Position numbers and translations under genes: made by a program
The notes under the pieces: model-generated
Told to the model about the DNA's origin: nothing
Database searches by the model: none
The model's input: only the letters and a program-made list of their open reading frames with translations
Shown: in pieces, positions 10,245 to 21,678 of the stretch
Layout: each line of letters opens with the position of its first letter
How positions within the stretch are numbered: the stretch's first letter is position 1
NCBI GenBank assembly: GCA_963695315.1
Contig: OY968773.1
Location: 3,924,963 to 3,988,962 of the forward strand
Length of the DNA stretch: 64,000 nucleotides
Direction: 5' to 3'
From: an uncultured Gammaproteobacteria bacterium
Lineage (GTDB): Bacteria > Pseudomonadota > Gammaproteobacteria > Steroidobacterales > Steroidobacteraceae

Positions 10245-10993
10245 CGGTGGCGCACCTCACGCCCGAGTGGTCCGCGCCGCGCGCGGTGCGCGCCGCGTTC
10301 ACGCTGCGCGCCGGAGGCGTGAGCACAGCGCCCTTTGACACGCTCAATACTGCCGAGCACGTGGGAGATCGCAGCGAGGACGTCGCGGAGAATCGGCGCC
10401 GCCTCAGAAAGACGCTGGCGTTGCCGAGCGAGCCACTGTGGCTCGAGCAAGTGCATGGCGCCGCGGTGCTTGACCTTGATCAGGCGCACGCCTGCGCGCG
10501 CGCCGATGCCGCACTCACGCGCCGGCCCGGCCGCGTCTGCGTCGTGCAGGTGGCCGACTGCCTGCCGGTGCTCCTCGCTGCGCGCGATGCAGCGGCGGTT
10601 GCGGTAGCGCACTGCGGCTGGCGGGGTCTTGCCGGCGGGGTGCTCGAGGCGACCGTGCGCGCGCTCGACGTTGCGCCGGGCAGGCTCTGCGCCTGGCTTG
10701 GGCCCGCCATCGGGCCCGACGCCTTCGAAGTGGGCGAGGAGGTGCGCGCCGCCTTTGTCGCCCACGATGGGGCGGCGGCGCAGGCCTTCACCGCCAATCC
10801 CCGCGGTCGCTGGCAATGCGACCTCTTTGCCCTCGCGCGGCAGCGCCTCGCCGGGTTGGGCATCGGCGCGATAGCGGGGGGCGGGCTTTGCACCTACACG
10901 GAGCCGCAGCGCTTTTTCTCCTACCGGCGCGACGGCCGCTGCGGGCGCATGGCGGCGCTCATCTGGCTCGCCGCGCAGGAGGAGCGCGCTTAA
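10241..10993 (+). CDS. pgeF: YfiH/PgeF family (laccase-domain / peptidoglycan editing factor)
   Basis: 250-aa intact ORF with the ATG overlapping the rluD stop (ATGA). Contains HCGWRGLAGGVLE and ALIWL-type motifs. It occupies the conserved bamD/rluD/pgeF/clpB neighbourhood. Confidence 0.8.
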   Translation: MTVAHLTPEWSAPRAVRAAFTLRAGGVSTAPFDTLNTAEHVGDRSEDVAENRRRLRKTLALPSEPLWLEQVHGAAVLDLDQAHACARADAALTRRPGRVCVVQVADCLPVLLAARDAAAVAVAHCGWRGLAGGVLEATVRALDVAPGRLCAWLGPAIGPDAFEVGEEVRAAFVAHDGAAAQAFTANPRGRWQCDLFALARQRLAGLGIGAIAGGGLCTYTEPQRFFSYRRDGRCGRMAALIWLAAQEERA

Positions 10994-11040
10994 AGCGCCG
11001 TGTTAGGATCAAGCCGCGCCGCCTCGAACAAGCAAGAGCC

Positions 11041-11817
11041 TTGAGCGTCCTCGCCTCGATCCTCGCCTTCACGACCCTGGGCGGCATCGCCAGTGCCGCC
11101 ATTGCCGGTGCCGTGCTCCTGCTTGCAGCCCCAACGCGCGAGCGCTTGCTGCCCCACCTCGTAAGCTTTGCGACCGGCGCGCTGCTCGGGGCGGCACTGA
11201 TCGGCCTGCTGCCCGAGGCGCTCGAGCACGCCGGCCCAGGTCGGGGCGTGGCCGTGGGGCTGACCGTCACCGGCGGTATCCTGCTTTTCTTCATCCTTGA
11301 GAAGCTCATGCTGTGGCGCCATTCCCACGGAGGCGAGGAGTCTCACGACCCTGACGCCCTGCAGGCGCATCGCGACAAGGCCTCCGCCATGGTCGTGCTC
11401 TTGGGGGACGGCATCCACAATGCCCTCGACGGGGTGCTGATCGCGGCCGCCTTCATGACGAGCATGCAGCTGGGCGTCGTGACGGGGATCGCGGTCATCG
11501 TGCACGAGATCCCCCAGGAGACCGGCTCCTTCGCCGTGCTCTTGAATTCCGGGATGTCGCGCGGCCTTGCGCTCTTGTTAAACCTCGCCTCCAGCCTCAC
11601 ATCCATAATCGGCGGTACGATCGCCTACTACGCCTTGGGCGCGGCGCTCGGCGTGCTGCCGTACGCCGTCGCCGTCGCCGCGGCGAGTCTCCTCTACGTG
11701 GCCATGGCCGATCTCATTCCAGGTCTGCATCGCCGCGCGGATGCGGCAGCGAGCGTGGCCCAGGTATTGCTCATCAGCCTCGGTATCGCTCTCATTGCCT
11801 GGATCGGACGCGACTGA
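11041..11817 (+). CDS. ZIP family metal transporter
   Basis: Multi-TM protein with a His-rich loop ([22 protein letters not shown]) and the ZIP signature [17 protein letters not shown]. The start is uncertain; in-frame TTG 11041 lies just before the first TM helix. Confidence 0.7.
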   Translation: MSVLASILAFTTLGGIASAAIAGAVLLLAAPTRERLLPHLVSFATGALLGAALIGLLPEALEHAGPGRGVAVGLTVTGGILLFFILEKLMLWRHSHGGEESHDPDALQAHRDKASAMVVLLGDGIHNALDGVLIAAAFMTSMQLGVVTGIAVIVHEIPQETGSFAVLLNSGMSRGLALLLNLASSLTSIIGGTIAYYALGAALGVLPYAVAVAAASLLYVAMADLIPGLHRRADAAASVAQVLLISLGIALIAWIGRD

Positions 11818-11834
11818 CGAGGTTAGGTATCGGC

Positions 11835-14420
11835 ATGCGACACGACAAACTCACGGCCAAATTTCAAGCGGCGCTCGCGGATGCGCAGTCGCTCGCGCTC
11901 GGCCGCGACAACCAGATTATCGAGCCCGCACACCTGATGCTGGCGATGCTCGACGATGCCGGCGGCACGGTGCGTCCGCTGCTGATCAAGGCGGGCGCAA
12001 ACCTCAACAAACTGCGCTCCGATCTGGGTGCGCTCCTCGACAAGCTGCCGAAGGTTGAGGGCACGCCGGGTGAGGTGCATGCCTCGAATGATCTCGGGCG
12101 GCTTCTCAACGTCACCGACAAGCTCGCGCAGAAGCGCGGCGATCAGTACATCTCGAGCGAGCTTTTCGTGCTGGCGGCCCTGGAGGACAAGGGTCCGCTT
12201 GCGCGCGTGCTGAAAGATGCGGGCGTGGTGCGCGGCGCGATCGAAAAGGCCATCGATGAAGTGCGTGGCGGGGAGAAGGTGTCCGATCCCAACGCCGAAG
12301 AGCAGCGCGGAGCGCTCGAGAAATACACGCTCGATCTCACCGCGCGCGCCGCCTCCGGCAAGCTTGATCCGGTGATCGGGCGCGACGAGGAGATCCGCCG
12401 CACCATCCAGGTCCTCGGCCGCCGCACCAAGAACAATCCGGTGCTGATTGGCGAGCCGGGCGTTGGCAAGACCGCGATCGTCGAGGGCCTGGCGCAGCGC
12501 ATCACCAACGGCGAGGTGCCCGAGGGGCTGAAGAACAAGCGCATTCTGGCGCTCGACATGGGCTCGCTCATCGCCGGCGCCAAATTCCGCGGCGAGTTTG
12601 AGGAGCGCCTGAAGGGCGTGCTCAATGATCTTGCGAAGCAGGAAGGCCAGATCATTCTCTTCATTGACGAGCTGCACACCGTGGTCGGCGCGGGCAAGGC
12701 GGAAGGTGCGCTCGATGCCGGCAATATGCTCAAGCCCGCCCTGGCGCGTGGCGAACTGCACTGCGTCGGCGCGACCACCCTTGATGAGTACCGCAAGTAC
12801 ATCGAGAAGGACGCGGCGCTCGAGCGGCGCTTCCAGAAGGTGCTGGTCGATGAGCCCTCGGTGGAGGACACCATCGCCATCCTGCGCGGTCTGCAGGAGC
12901 GCTACGAGGTGCACCACAAGGTGGAAATCACCGACCCCGCGATCGTCGCGGCGGCGACCCTGTCGCACCGCTACATCGCCGACCGCCAGCTGCCCGACAA
13001 GGCCATCGATCTCATCGATGAGGCCGCAGCGCGCATTCGCGTGGAGATCGATTCCAAGCCCGAATCACTCGACCGGCTCGAGCGGCGCATCATTCAGCTG
13101 AAGATCGAACAGGAGGCTCTGAAGAGGGAGCACGACGAGGCTTCGCGCAAGCGTTTGAAGAGCCTGGAGGAATCCCTGCACGGGCTTGAGCGTGAATACG
13201 CGGACCTGGATGAGGAGTGGAAGTCCGAGAAGGCCACCCTGCAGGGGGCCGCGCACATCCGCGAGGAGCTCGAGCGCACTCGCACCGAGCTGGATAGCGC
13301 GCGCCGCGCCGGCAACCTTGGGCGCATGGCGGAGCTGCAGTACGGCAAGATCCCGGAGCTGGAAAAGCGCCTCGCCGAGGCGATTGCCGCCGAGCAGAAG
13401 GGGACCCCGCGCCTCGTGCGCAACCAGGTGACGGAGGAAGAGATCGCCGAGGTCGTCTCAAAATGGACCGGCATTCCGGTCTCCAAGATGCTCGAGGGCG
13501 AGAAGGACAAGCTGCTGCGCATGGAGGAGGCGCTCTCCAAGCGCGTCGTCGGGCAGGACGAGGCCGTGCGCATTGTCTCGAACGCCATCCGCCGCTCGCG
13601 CGCCGGCCTCTCCGATCCGCGCCGCCCGAATGGCTCGTTCCTGTTCCTCGGGCCCACCGGCGTCGGCAAGACCGAGCTTTGCAAGGCGCTCGCGGAATTT
13701 CTCTTTGATACCGAGGAGTCGATGGTGCGCATCGACATGTCGGAGTTCATGGAGAAGCATTCGGTCGCGCGCCTGATCGGCGCGCCGCCGGGTTACGTCG
13801 GCTACGAGGAGGGCGGCTATCTCACCGAAGCGGTGCGCCGCCGCCCGTACGCCGTGATTCTGCTCGATGAGATCGAGAAGGCGCACCCGGATGTCTTCAA
13901 CGTGCTGCTGCAGGTGCTCGATGACGGTCGTCTGACCGATGGCCAGGGGCGCACGGTCGATTTTCGCAACACGGTCATCATCATGACCTCGAATCTGGGG
14001 TCGCAGGTCATTCTCGAGTATGCGGGCGAGGGCAACTACGCGCGCATGAAGAGCGCGGTCATGGAGATCGTGCAGAAGAGCTTCCGCCCCGAATTCGTGA
14101 ACCGCATCGATGACATCGTGGTGTTCCATCCGCTCGGCACGGCGCAGATCCGTTCCATCGTCGACATCCAGCTCGGCTACCTGCGCGCGCGCCTTCTGGA
14201 GCGCGACATGACGCTGGAGCTTGATGAGAAGGCGCGCGACCTCATCGGTGAGGCCGGCTTTGACCCGGTGTATGGCGCGCGGCCGCTGAAGCGGGCCATC
14301 CAGCAACAGATCGAAAACCCGCTGGCGCAAAGCATCCTGAAGGGTGAATTCCTGCCGGGCAGCCGCATCCGCGCCAGCGTGCGCGACGGGCAGATCGTGT
14401 TCAAGCCCATGGCCGCGTAA
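11835..14420 (+). CDS. clpB: ATP-dependent disaggregase ClpB
   Basis: Intact 861 aa. Two AAA+ modules ([23 protein letters not shown]; [30 protein letters not shown]) and the long coiled-coil middle domain. Confidence 0.96.
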   Translation: MRHDKLTAKFQAALADAQSLALGRDNQIIEPAHLMLAMLDDAGGTVRPLLIKAGANLNKLRSDLGALLDKLPKVEGTPGEVHASNDLGRLLNVTDKLAQKRGDQYISSELFVLAALEDKGPLARVLKDAGVVRGAIEKAIDEVRGGEKVSDPNAEEQRGALEKYTLDLTARAASGKLDPVIGRDEEIRRTIQVLGRRTKNNPVLIGEPGVGKTAIVEGLAQRITNGEVPEGLKNKRILALDMGSLIAGAKFRGEFEERLKGVLNDLAKQEGQIILFIDELHTVVGAGKAEGALDAGNMLKPALARGELHCVGATTLDEYRKYIEKDAALERRFQKVLVDEPSVEDTIAILRGLQERYEVHHKVEITDPAIVAAATLSHRYIADRQLPDKAIDLIDEAAARIRVEIDSKPESLDRLERRIIQLKIEQEALKREHDEASRKRLKSLEESLHGLEREYADLDEEWKSEKATLQGAAHIREELERTRTELDSARRAGNLGRMAELQYGKIPELEKRLAEAIAAEQKGTPRLVRNQVTEEEIAEVVSKWTGIPVSKMLEGEKDKLLRMEEALSKRVVGQDEAVRIVSNAIRRSRAGLSDPRRPNGSFLFLGPTGVGKTELCKALAEFLFDTEESMVRIDMSEFMEKHSVARLIGAPPGYVGYEEGGYLTEAVRRRPYAVILLDEIEKAHPDVFNVLLQVLDDGRLTDGQGRTVDFRNTVIIMTSNLGSQVILEYAGEGNYARMKSAVMEIVQKSFRPEFVNRIDDIVVFHPLGTAQIRSIVDIQLGYLRARLLERDMTLELDEKARDLIGEAGFDPVYGARPLKRAIQQQIENPLAQSILKGEFLPGSRIRASVRDGQIVFKPMAA

Positions 14421-14467
14421 GCGCTGCTCGGTTAGCCTAAGCTTGGATTTTCGACGCGGGGGAGCCC

Positions 14468-14929
14468 ATGCCGTTTTACGAGTACGAATGCGCGAACTGC
14501 AAGTACTACATCGAGATCATGCAGAAGGTCAGCGATGCGCCGCTCAGGAAGTGTCCGTCGTGCGGCAAGAACACGATGAAGAAGCTCGTGTCCGCGCCGG
14601 TCTTTCGCCTGAAAGGCGCCGGCTGGTACGAAACCGACTTCAAGTCCGACAAGGAAGGCAAGCGCAACCTTGCGGAGAAGGAGAAGGAGCCGCTGCCGGA
14701 GAAGAAGGAGGAGGCGAAAGGCGCTGAGGCGAAGGCCGCGGACAAGACTGCCGATGCCAAGACACCGGAGGCGAAGGCCCCCGAGAGCAAGAGTACCGAG
14801 AAGAGCGCGGCCGATGCGGCCGGCTCATCCACCGCGCGCCGCCGCGTGACGAGCAGGCGCGCTGCCGCGAAGGGCCCCACCCCCAAGTCTCGCCCCAAGA
14901 GCAGGTCCGCGCCGCGGAAGCACCGATGA
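14468..14929 (+). CDS. FmdB-family zinc-ribbon protein with a long K/E/A-rich and basic tail
   Basis: MPFYEYECANCKYY...RKCPSCGKN (two CxxC pairs), followed by a low-complexity AEAKAADKTADAKTPEAKAPE stretch and an [30 protein letters not shown] tail. The stop overlaps the next ATG (ATGA). Confidence 0.7.
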   Translation: MPFYEYECANCKYYIEIMQKVSDAPLRKCPSCGKNTMKKLVSAPVFRLKGAGWYETDFKSDKEGKRNLAEKEKEPLPEKKEEAKGAEAKAADKTADAKTPEAKAPESKSTEKSAADAAGSSTARRRVTSRRAAAKGPTPKSRPKSRSAPRKHR

Positions 14930-15558
14930 TGCCGGCCCCGCGCCCGCGAAGTCTGCGGCGCTACCTCGTTGCCGGCGTGCTCATCTGGCTGCCGATCCTG
15001 GCGGTTGTGTGGGTGATTCGCTTCCTTGCGCAGCTCACCGATCAGACGCTGCTCTTGGTGCCCGCGGCCTACCGCCCGGAGGCGCTCCTCGGCTTTGCGC
15101 TGCCGGGCCTGGGTGCGCTGCTCGCCTTTCTCATCGTGCTCGTGACCGGGCTACTCGTCACGAACCTCATCGGCCGCCATCTGGTTGAGCTGTGGGAGGA
15201 GCTGCTGCAAAGAATCCCGCTGGTGCGCTCGATCTACAGCAGCGTGAAGGGGCTTGCCGAGAGCGTCTTCTCACAGGACAACGCCTTTCGCAAGGTAGTG
15301 ATCGTGCCGTACCCGCACCCGGGAGTGTGGAGCATGGGCTTTCTCACCGCCGAGAATCTCGCGGCCATCAGCGCCAAGACCGGCGTGCCGTGCGCGTGCG
15401 TTTTCATTCCGACGACGCCCAATCCGACCTCGGGCTTCATCGTCATCGTGCCGCGCGCGCAGGTGATCGACCTCGATATGAACGTGGATGCTGCTATGAA
15501 GATGATTGTCACTCTGGGCGTCGTTGCCCCGCCGGCGCACGTGCTGCCGCATGCGTAG
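14926..15558 (+). CDS. DUF502-family membrane protein
   Basis: 210-aa ORF with two N-terminal TM helices and a conserved [14 protein letters not shown]...[12 protein letters not shown] segment. Translationally coupled between the zinc-ribbon gene and aspS. Confidence 0.7.
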   Translation: MMPAPRPRSLRRYLVAGVLIWLPILAVVWVIRFLAQLTDQTLLLVPAAYRPEALLGFALPGLGALLAFLIVLVTGLLVTNLIGRHLVELWEELLQRIPLVRSIYSSVKGLAESVFSQDNAFRKVVIVPYPHPGVWSMGFLTAENLAAISAKTGVPCACVFIPTTPNPTSGFIVIVPRAQVIDLDMNVDAAMKMIVTLGVVAPPAHVLPHA

Positions 15559-17320
15559 TCATTACTGCGGAGAGGTGCAGGCAGCGCTCGCCGGCAAGGA
15601 AGTGGAGGTTGCCGGCTGGGTGCATCGCCGGCGCGACCACGGCGGCGTCATCTTCGTTGACCTGCGCGATCGCGAGGGACTGCTGCAGATCGTCTTTGAC
15701 CCGGACGCGGCCGAGGTGTTCGCGCAGGCGGAGCGGTTGCGCAACGAATTTGTCATCCGCGTCAAGGGGCAGGTGCGCGCACGGCCTGCCGGGACCGTCA
15801 ATGAACATCTTGCCTCGGGGGCGGTTGAGCTCCTCGCACGGGAGATGGAGATTTTGAACCGCAGCGAGCCCTTGCCCTTTCAGCTCGATGAGACGGTGAA
15901 CGAGGAGGTGCGGCTCAAGTACCGCTATCTTGATCTGCGCCGCGAGGTCATGAGCCAGCGCCTGCGCCTGCGCCATCGCCTCACGCGCGCCATGCGCGGC
16001 TTTCTCGATGCCAACGGTTTCATTGATCTTGAGACGCCCATGCTGACGAAGGCAACACCGGAGGGCGCGCGCGATTACCTCGTCCCGAGCCGCACGCATC
16101 CGGGCAAGTTCTTCGCGCTGCCGCAGTCGCCGCAGATCTTCAAGCAGCTGCTCATGATCGCGGGGTTTGATCGCTACTACCAGATCGTGCGCTGCTTTCG
16201 CGACGAGGATCTGCGCGCCGACCGCCAGCCCGAATTCACGCAGCTCGATGTCGAGACCTCATTCTTGTCGCAGGCGTCCATCATGGACCTCATGGAGAAG
16301 CTCGTACGGCATCTCTTCAAGGAGGTGCTGGGGAGCGATCTGCCGGACCCGTTTCCGCGCCTCTCGTTCGCCGAGGCAATGCGGCGCTTCGGCTCGGACA
16401 AGCCCGATCTGCGCGTGCCACTCGAGCTGGTGGATGTCGCAGACCTGGTCAAGGACTGCGACTTCAAAGTCTTTGCCGCGCCCGCAAGCTCCGCTGAGGG
16501 GCGCGTCGCGGCGCTGGTGGCGCCGGGCGGTGGCGCGCTCTCGCGCAAGGCCATCGATGACTACACGGCGTTTGTTGCGCGCTATGGCGCCAAGGGGCTC
16601 GCGTACATCAAGGTCAACGAGCGCGCGCAGGCGCGTCAGGGCCTGCAGTCGCCGATCATCAAATTTTTGAGTGACACGGCGCTCGAAGGGATACTCGAGC
16701 GCACCGGCGCCTGCGACAACGATCTCATTTTCTTCGGCGCCGATAAGCAAAAAGTCGTCAACGATGCGCTGGGGGCGCTGCGTCTGAAGTTAGGGCAGGA
16801 CCTGGGCATTGCGCGGCCGGGCTGGCAGCCGCTCTGGGTCGTCGACTTTCCGATGTTTGAGTGGAACGAGGAGGCGCGGCGCTGGAGTGCGATGCATCAT
16901 CCCTTCACCTCGCCGCAGGATGAGGATGCCGCGGCGCTGCGCGCATACCCCGCGGGAGCTCTGGCACGCGCCTACGACATGGTCCTGAACGGCTCGGAAA
17001 TCGGCGGCGGCTCGGTGCGTATTCACCGTGAGGAGATGCAGTCGACGGTCTTTGAGCTGCTCGGCATCGAGCCCGAAGAGGCAACGGCCAAATTTGGCTT
17101 CCTGCTCGAAGCGTTGAAGCTTGGCGCGCCGCCGCATGGCGGTATCGCCTTTGGGCTTGATCGCCTGGCAATGCTGATGGCCGGTGCGGACAGCATTCGT
17201 GAAGTCATAGCCTTTCCGAAAACGCAGACCGCTGCCGATCCGCTCACCGATGCGCCGACCGCGGTCAGCGAGGCGCAGCTGAAGGAGCTGCACATTCGGT
17301 TGCGTCCCGCGGCGCAGTGA
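15551..17320 (+). CDS. aspS: Aspartyl-tRNA synthetase
   Basis: MRSHYCGEV...[22 protein letters not shown]. Class II motifs [18 protein letters not shown] and GGGSVRIHR...GLDRLAMLM. Intact. Confidence 0.96.
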   Translation: MRSHYCGEVQAALAGKEVEVAGWVHRRRDHGGVIFVDLRDREGLLQIVFDPDAAEVFAQAERLRNEFVIRVKGQVRARPAGTVNEHLASGAVELLAREMEILNRSEPLPFQLDETVNEEVRLKYRYLDLRREVMSQRLRLRHRLTRAMRGFLDANGFIDLETPMLTKATPEGARDYLVPSRTHPGKFFALPQSPQIFKQLLMIAGFDRYYQIVRCFRDEDLRADRQPEFTQLDVETSFLSQASIMDLMEKLVRHLFKEVLGSDLPDPFPRLSFAEAMRRFGSDKPDLRVPLELVDVADLVKDCDFKVFAAPASSAEGRVAALVAPGGGALSRKAIDDYTAFVARYGAKGLAYIKVNERAQARQGLQSPIIKFLSDTALEGILERTGACDNDLIFFGADKQKVVNDALGALRLKLGQDLGIARPGWQPLWVVDFPMFEWNEEARRWSAMHHPFTSPQDEDAAALRAYPAGALARAYDMVLNGSEIGGGSVRIHREEMQSTVFELLGIEPEEATAKFGFLLEALKLGAPPHGGIAFGLDRLAMLMAGADSIREVIAFPKTQTAADPLTDAPTAVSEAQLKELHIRLRPAAQ

Positions 17321-17326
17321 TGCGCC

Positions 17327-17959
17327 GTGGTCGTGTTCCTGCACGGACTGTGGCTGCAGGGGCGCGAAGCGGCGCTGCTGCGCCGCCGGCTCAAGAGCTC
17401 CTGCGGGTTTGACGTTGAGGTTTTCCGCTATCCGAGCGTGACCGCGACGATGGCGCAGGTCACCGGCGAGCTGCAGAGGTTCGTTACGGCGCGCGCGCCG
17501 CGCGAGCTGCATTTGGTTGGGCACAGCTTGGGCGGCCTCGTCGCCTATCGCTTTCTCGAGCGCTTTCCTGCGCAGGCGCCGGGCCGCGTGGTGTTTCTCG
17601 GTACGCCGGCAGTTGCGAGCCGCGCCGCAAGCGAAGTCGCCCGCATGGCCTGGGCGCGGGCGCTGCTCGGACACTGTGTCGCCGAGGAACTCTTAAGCGC
17701 GCGCCAGCGCGCGTGGTCGATTGCGCGCGACCTTGGAATCATCGCCGGTACGCTGGCGCTCGGCCTTGGGCAGCTGTTCGTGCGCTTCGATGAGGCGAAC
17801 GATGGCAGCGTGGCGGTCAGCGAGACGCGGCTGGCGGGCGCCACCGACTTCATCGCTCTGCCGGTCAGCCATTTTGGGATGCTGCTCTCGGCGCGCGTCG
17901 CAAGCGAGATCGGCAGCTTCCTGCTGAACGGCCATTTCTCGCTGCGCGCCGCGCCCTAG
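17327..17959 (+). CDS. Alpha/beta hydrolase fold protein
   Basis: VVFLHGLW N-terminus and the nucleophile elbow GHSLGG. The start is a GTG; an ATG at 17320 is in another frame, so the 5' end is uncertain. Confidence 0.6.
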   Translation: MVVFLHGLWLQGREAALLRRRLKSSCGFDVEVFRYPSVTATMAQVTGELQRFVTARAPRELHLVGHSLGGLVAYRFLERFPAQAPGRVVFLGTPAVASRAASEVARMAWARALLGHCVAEELLSARQRAWSIARDLGIIAGTLALGLGQLFVRFDEANDGSVAVSETRLAGATDFIALPVSHFGMLLSARVASEIGSFLLNGHFSLRAAP

Positions 17960-17966
17960 CCGCGCA

Positions 17967-20587
17967 TCAATGCCCCTTGGCAGCGAGCGCACGCAAGCGA
18001 TACAGCGCCGCGTGCGCCTCGCGCGGCGAGAGCGCATCCGGATCGAGACGCCGCACCTCCGCGCGCAGCTCTTCGGCGGCAGGATCGCGCGGCACGGGCG
18101 AGAGGAACGGCAGCTCGCGCTGCGAGGCGGCGGCGGCCTGCAGCGCGCCGCGCCGGTCGCGTTCCGCCTCGAGCGCTTCGAGATAGTGCCGCGCCTGCGC
18201 GATCACCTCGTGCGGCACGCCGGCAAGCTGCGCCACTTGCAGTCCGTAGCTGCGATTGGCGGGGCCGTCCTTGACGGCGTGCAGGAACACGATCCGCTCG
18301 CCGTGCTCGGTGGCATCGAGGTGCACGTTGGCGCAGCCCGTCGATTTGCTGGGCGAGCGTCGTGAGCTCGAAATAGTGGGTCGCAAAGAGCGTGAAGGCT
18401 GCGAGGCGCGTCGCGCAGTAGCGCGCGATCGCCCACGCGAGCGACAGCCCGTCGAACGTGCTCGTGCCGCGGCCGATCTCATCCATGAGGATGAGGCTCC
18501 TCGCGGTCGCGTTATGCAGAATGTTTGCCGCCTCGGTCATCTCCACCATGAAGGTCGAGCGGCCGCCGGCAAGATCATCCGCAGCCCCGATGCGCGTGAA
18601 GATGCGATCGAGCGGTCCCAGCACGGCCGCGCGCGCCGGCACGAAGCTGCCGATGTGCGCGAGCAGCGCGATGAGCGCGATCTGGCGCATGTAGGTGGAT
18701 TTGCCTCCCATGTTCGGGCCGGTGATGATGAGCATGCGCCGCGCGGCATCGAAATTAAGATCGTTAGGGACGAACGCATCCTCGCAGAAGCGCTCGACGA
18801 TCGGGTGCCGGCCCGCCGTGATGCTGAGCGCGGGCGTGCTCGCAGAACTCGGGGCGCGTCCAGTCGAGGCTGACCGCGCGCTCGGCGAGCGCGGCCAGTG
18901 CATCAAGCTCGGCGAGCGCCGCGGCGCTCTCCTGCATGGCCGCAAGGTCCGCGGTGAGTCCATCGAGCAGCGCCTCATAGAGCTCTCTCTCACGCGCGAG
19001 CGCGCGCTCGCGCGCGCTCAATACCGTCTCCTCAAAGCGCTTGAGCTCCGGCGTGATGAAGCGTTCCGCGGATTTGACGGTCTGGCGGCGCAGGTAGTCT
19101 TGCGGCACGCGCGCCGCATCGCGGCGCGGCACCTCGATGTAGAAGCCCTGCACGCGATTGAATCCGAGACGCAGGCTGGCAATGCCGGTGCGCTCGCGCT
19201 CGCGCGCCTCCAGCTGCAGCAGAAACTCATCGGTGTGGGTGGCGATGCGGCGCAGCTCATCAAGCGCGCTGTCATGGCCGGCCGCGATCACATCGCCCTC
19301 GCGCAGCAATGTCGCCGGCTCCTCCGCAATCGCCCGCCGCAGCAGTTCGAGCGAGCCGGCATGCTCGCCGATGCGTGCGCGCACTTCTGCAAGGGGCGCC
19401 GAGTCGATCGCGCCGATGAGGCCGCGCAGCGCCGGTAGCGCCGCAAGCGAGCTTCTGAGCTGCGTCAGGTCGCGCGGCCGCGCCGAGCGCAGCGCCACGC
19501 GCGCGAGGATGCGCTCGATGTCGCCGACGCTGCGCAGCTGCGCCCGCAAGGGCTCGTAGTGGCGGCCGTCGATGAGTGTCGCAAGCGCCGCGTGGCGCTT
19601 GCGCAGCGTTGCCTGGTTGGTGAGCGGGCGGTTGAGCCAGCGGCGCAGCTGCCTTGATCCCATGGTCGTGGCGCACTGATCGAGAAGCGCAAACAAGGTG
19701 GCGTCGGCATTGCCGCTCAAGCTCGCATCGAGCTCGAGGTTGCGCCGTGTCGCCGCATCGAGATTGAGGGCGTCGCTGCGCTCTTCGACCGCGAGCGCGC
19801 GAATGTGCGGCACGGCGGCTTTCTGGGTTTCGCGCACGTACTGCAGCAGGGCTCCCGCCGCGCAGATCGCAAGCGGCAGCTCGTCGGCGCCGAAGCCCTT
19901 GAGGTCCAAAGTTGCGAGCTGATCGGTGAGCAGGCGCGAGGCGCTCGCAAGCTCAAAATGCCAGGGCGGCCGCGCACGCAGCGCGCGCCCGTTGCGCGCA
20001 AGCTCCTCGCAGCTTGACTGGTCGGCCACCAGCAGCTCCGCGGGCTTTAAGCGTTCGAGCTCCGCGGCAAGCGCCAGAGCGCCGCTTGACTGCAGCAGCG
20101 TGAAGCGCCCCGCGGCAAGATCAAGCCAGGCAAGCCCGAACGCCTCGCCTGCCGCGGCGCCGTCGCGCGCCAGGGCTGCGATCAGGGTGTCGCGACGCGC
20201 ATCAAGCAGTGCCTCATCCGTGACGGTGCCTGGAGTGACGATGCGTACCACCTGCCGCTCGAGCGGGCCTTTCAACCTCGCCGGATCGCCAAGCTGCTCG
20301 CAGATGGCGACGCACTCGCCGCGGCGCACCAGGCGCGCAAGATAGGCCTCCACCGCATGCACGGGCACGCCGGCCATGGGAATCGCCTCGCCCGCTGACT
20401 GGCCGCGCGCGGTGAGGGTGATGTCCAGGAGCGCGGCGGCACGTTTGGCATCGTCAAAGAAAAGCTCGTAGAAGTCCCCCATGCGGTAGAAGAGCAGCAT
20501 GTCCGGATGCTGCGCTTTGATGCGCAGGTACTGCTGCATCATCGGCGTATGTTCTAAGTGCTTGCTTTCCAAGGCCGTAGTGTCCAA
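17967..20587 (-). pseudogene. mutS: DNA mismatch repair protein MutS, frame breaks near 18830 and 18330
   Basis: N-terminus [35 protein letters not shown] (ORF 18764..20587). ATPase region [31 protein letters not shown] and [22 protein letters not shown] (ORF 17956..18993). C-terminus [25 protein letters not shown] (ORF 17967..18482). Confidence 0.9.
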
Positions 20588-20743
20588 CTGTCTAACACCT
20601 GTCTAACAAAATCAGCTGGTCCTTGTGCCTGGGCCCTGCACCACCGGACTTTCGCGCAGGCGGATGTAGCGGTCGCTCATGCGCGCGCTCGCGTGGACGT
20701 CGCGTCTTGATTGATTCCGTCTGCTCCGTTGTTGAGCGACCTC

Positions 20744-21310
20744 TTATTTCGGTGGAATCGGCGGCGGCACGGGATTTGAAATGGGCTTCAGCGATTGCAG
20801 GTACGCGAAGAGTGCCTTCATGTCCCGATCGGTCAGGACCGCCACATCTGCCCAGGGCATCGGAGGCAAGATTGGCCGGCCGACGCCAAAGTGCTTTCCG
20901 GTGCGCATCGTCTTGCTAAATTGTTCAAAGGTCCAGTTGCCGAGTCCGCTCTCCTTGTCGGGCGTTAGATTCGCCGCAAAGCTGATCCCCCACGGACCTG
21001 CCCAGGCGGTTAGATCGCTGTTCGTCATGGCGGCCCATCGCGACGGTTTGAGCACGCCCATGGAAAGCGGCGTTGGGTCTGCATCCGCGCGGTGACCTGA
21101 TAAAAGCCGGGAAGTATCGGGACCCGGGCCGTTCGGGGTCATGACCTTTGGGGTGTGGCAGTCGCCGCAGCCACCAAAACTCGCAAGGTACTGCCCTCTC
21201 TTGATCTCCTCTGCGCGCGCGTCGCGAGATTGACCAATAGCCGGCTGCGTAACCGCCAGACCCAGGCACAACAACAGCAAAATAGTCCGGCAAGCGCTTA
21301 CGTATTGCAT
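20744..21310 (-). CDS. Periplasmic c-type cytochrome
   Basis: Signal peptide MQYVSACRTILLLLCLGLAVTQPAIG. Haem motif CGDCH. GAGGAG lies upstream of ATG 21310. Confidence 0.7.
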   Translation of the reverse strand: MQYVSACRTILLLLCLGLAVTQPAIGQSRDARAEEIKRGQYLASFGGCGDCHTPKVMTPNGPGPDTSRLLSGHRADADPTPLSMGVLKPSRWAAMTNSDLTAWAGPWGISFAANLTPDKESGLGNWTFEQFSKTMRTGKHFGVGRPILPPMPWADVAVLTDRDMKALFAYLQSLKPISNPVPPPIPPK

Positions 21311-21678
21311 CTTTGCTCCTCTCATTAAATAAAAAAACTTCTGTCGCGTGCCGCCAGTTGGGGCTGATTCGGGCGAGCAGTTGCCTTCGTAGTCTATAGC
21401 GCTCGACAACGGCCGCCTACGTCGCGCTGAATCGGGTCGAACTGCGTCTTTATCGCCGGCAGTGCGCGTGGGTCGGACACGGCGGTAGGCGCATGAGGTC
21501 GCGGCGCAGCGCAAGCAACGCAGCCTGTAGGATATTGAGTCGATCTCCTCCGAATCAGACCAGCCGACCCCCGAGTCGCACGCCGCAATTGCTGCACGCC
21601 CGCTACGGTTGGGCAGAGCGTCTTGGCCGGCTGCGAAGCTGTGTCATGGCTCTTAAGGTGTCTCGTCAGCTAAAGCCG

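Noticed and set aside
11818-11834. Heat-shock (sigma-32) promoter or other control element directly upstream of clpB.
   Set aside because: Only 17 nt separate the ZIP stop from the clpB ATG. No CTTGAAA / CCCCAT-like pair was evident in the last 100 nt of the ZIP gene. The promoter cannot be placed by eye.
11823-12968. Long antisense ORFs opposite real genes: 11823..12968 opposite clpB, 24658..25953 opposite recA, 37371..39059 opposite the TonB receptor, 3290..5242 spanning pilS/sucC, and 5799..6893 opposite sucD.
   Set aside because: Their translations are Arg/Ala/Gly/His-rich with no motifs. They lie exactly opposite genes with unmistakable protein signatures. This is the expected stop-codon depletion of high-GC DNA.
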